From Candidatus Omnitrophota bacterium (GTDB lineage: Bacteria; Omnitrophota; Gorgyraeia; Zapsychrales; JANLHA01): a DNA stretch of 64,000 bases. This document shows, one piece after another, positions 62,996-64,000 of the stretch. Numbering within the stretch: the stretch's first letter is position 1; every line of letters starts with the position of its first letter. The stretch lies in contig JACKFJ010000001.1 in NCBI GenBank assembly GCA_020632535.1, positions 218,890-282,889 on the forward strand. The letters are read 5' to 3'. The translations under genes and the position numbers were made by a program. The notes beneath the pieces were generated by a model. It ran no database searches and was not told the DNA's origin. It saw nothing but the letters and a program-made list of their open reading frames with translations.

Positions 62996-63775
62996 ATGAA
63001 AGTTGTTGGCGTTATTCCAGCCCGGTGGGCTTCCACTCGGTTTGAAGGTAAGATGTTGGCACTTCTAAATGGTCGGCCCATGATCGAACATGTGTGGCGG
63101 CAGGTTAAAAAAAGTCGAATTTTAGAGGATGTGCTCATCGCCTGCGATGATGACCGGATTTTACAGGTGGCAAAGGGTTTTGGTGCCAATGCGGTTATGA
63201 CCGCATTGAATCATGAATCAGGCACCGATCGTATTGCAGAAGCTGTTGCGAAGATTACCACGGATATTGTTGTAAATATTCAGGGCGATGAACCCTTAAT
63301 TGATCCTCATGTCATTGATCATTTAGCACAAGTTTTGCTGGAAGATACCGCACTTTCCATGGCAACGGTCATTAAGCGCATCACCAAAGAGGATGACTTC
63401 AATAATCCCAATGTCGTAAAAGTCGTTATCGATCGGAATAAAAACGCATTGTACTTTTCACGGTCACCGATTCCTTTTGATCGACTTAAAAAGCCGTTTC
63501 AGGAAAACATTTATTACAAGCATTTGGGGTTGTATGCGTATCGCAAGGATTTTTTGTTAGGATTTAAAACATTGCCGTTTTCGAAGTTGGAATCTGCCGA
63601 GAAGCTTGAACAATTGCGCGCGCTCGACGCAGGTTATAAAATAAAAACAATTGAAACGGATCATGAAACGATTGGTGTTGACACTCCAGAGGATTTGCAA
63701 AAGGTTGCGACGATAATGAAAAACAACCCTATTGCCAACGAAGTGAGTCTCAAAAAAACGACAGGGCAATCTTAG
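62996..63775 (+). CDS. kdsB: 3-deoxy-manno-octulosonate cytidylyltransferase (CMP-Kdo synthetase)
   Basis: VIPARWASTRFEGK, GTDRIAEA, NIQGDEP. Confidence 0.92.
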   Translation: MKVVGVIPARWASTRFEGKMLALLNGRPMIEHVWRQVKKSRILEDVLIACDDDRILQVAKGFGANAVMTALNHESGTDRIAEAVAKITTDIVVNIQGDEPLIDPHVIDHLAQVLLEDTALSMATVIKRITKEDDFNNPNVVKVVIDRNKNALYFSRSPIPFDRLKKPFQENIYYKHLGLYAYRKDFLLGFKTLPFSKLESAEKLEQLRALDAGYKIKTIETDHETIGVDTPEDLQKVATIMKNNPIANEVSLKKTTGQS

Positions 63776-63782
63776 GATCAAT

Positions 63783-64000
63783 ATGGTTAAGGAAATCAAA
63801 TTAGAAAATATTTCGTTCGGGGCAAATAAACCTTTTGTTCTTATTGCTGGACCATGTGTTATTGAAAGTAAGGCGATTGCTTTTAAAATTGCCGAAGCTT
63901 TGGTTGATTTGACGCAAAAGCTCAAAGTTCCATTTGTTTTTAAAGCTAGCTATGATAAGGCCAATCGCACGTCGGCAGATTCATTTCGTGGGCCGGGAAT
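63783..64000 (+). CDS. kdsA: 2-dehydro-3-deoxyphosphooctonate aldolase (Kdo-8-P synthase), 5' part, truncated by the window end
   Basis: Manual translation from ATG at 63783 gives MVKEIKLENISFGANKPFVLIAGPCVIES...FVFKASYDKANRTS, a typical KdsA N-terminus. It is absent from the track because no stop lies in the window. Confidence 0.88.
   Translation, partial: MVKEIKLENISFGANKPFVLIAGPCVIESKAIAFKIAEALVDLTQKLKVPFVFKASYDKANRTSADSFRGPG

Overview
64 kb of densely coding chromosomal DNA from an AT-leaning, LPS-making (diderm) bacterium. The lineage cannot be assigned from sequence alone, though the gene content and repeat type suggest an uncultivated anaerobe-like group. All genes are on the + strand except one four-gene block at 19.8-24.3 kb. 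No prophage, CRISPR, transposase or recognisable defence genes were seen.

Gene content in order:
- 2-2322: ArnT-like membrane protein (partial), ArnC/GtrB-like GT2, methyltransferase.
- 2.4-10.7 kb: coiled-coil membrane protein, DUF45 hydrolase, orphan response regulator, GatB/YqeY, polysaccharide deacetylase, a ~1090-aa glycoside phosphorylase/hydrolase-like protein, HAMP histidine kinase.
- 10.8-19.7 kb: complete moxR-DUF58-DUF4381-batA-batB-batC-batD-batE operon, followed by a Cys-rich secreted protein.
- 19.8-24.3 kb (- strand): Gfo/Idh/MocA oxidoreductase, lpxB, a divergent PEPCK-like protein, a mini beta-carbonic-anhydrase-like protein.
- 24.4-28.5 kb: msbA, a LolA-like protein, an outer-membrane beta-barrel.
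- 28.8-32.0 kb: rpsB-tsf-pyrH-frr, then tRNA-Lys, tRNA-Leu and tRNA-Gly.
- 32.0-35.8 kb: ptsN-yvcK-ptsH-ptsI.
- 35.8-51.1 kb: nucleotidyltransferase, metK, ahcY, DUF4139, pfkA, ilvC, leuA, aroE, pilD-like, aroK, dprA, topA, xerC.
- 51.3-64.0 kb: LPS core cluster of waaA, lpxK, an LpxL-ELM1 fusion, a GT4-GT9 fusion, GT4, three GT9 genes, heptose kinase, kdsB and kdsA (partial).

Most noteworthy observations:
- The translationally coupled PEPCK-like and beta-CA-like pair inside a lipid A operon.
- Two Rosetta-stone fusions in the LPS cluster.
- A dispersed palindromic repeat family (CCATTGCGAG...GGCAATCT / AGATTGC...CTCGCAATGG). It is concentrated in the bat operon and sits in frame within the 5' ends of batD and batE.
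- Three other unrelated long hairpin elements flanked by inverted repeats.

All homology calls were made by eye from motifs and from memory of the families. No searches were run.
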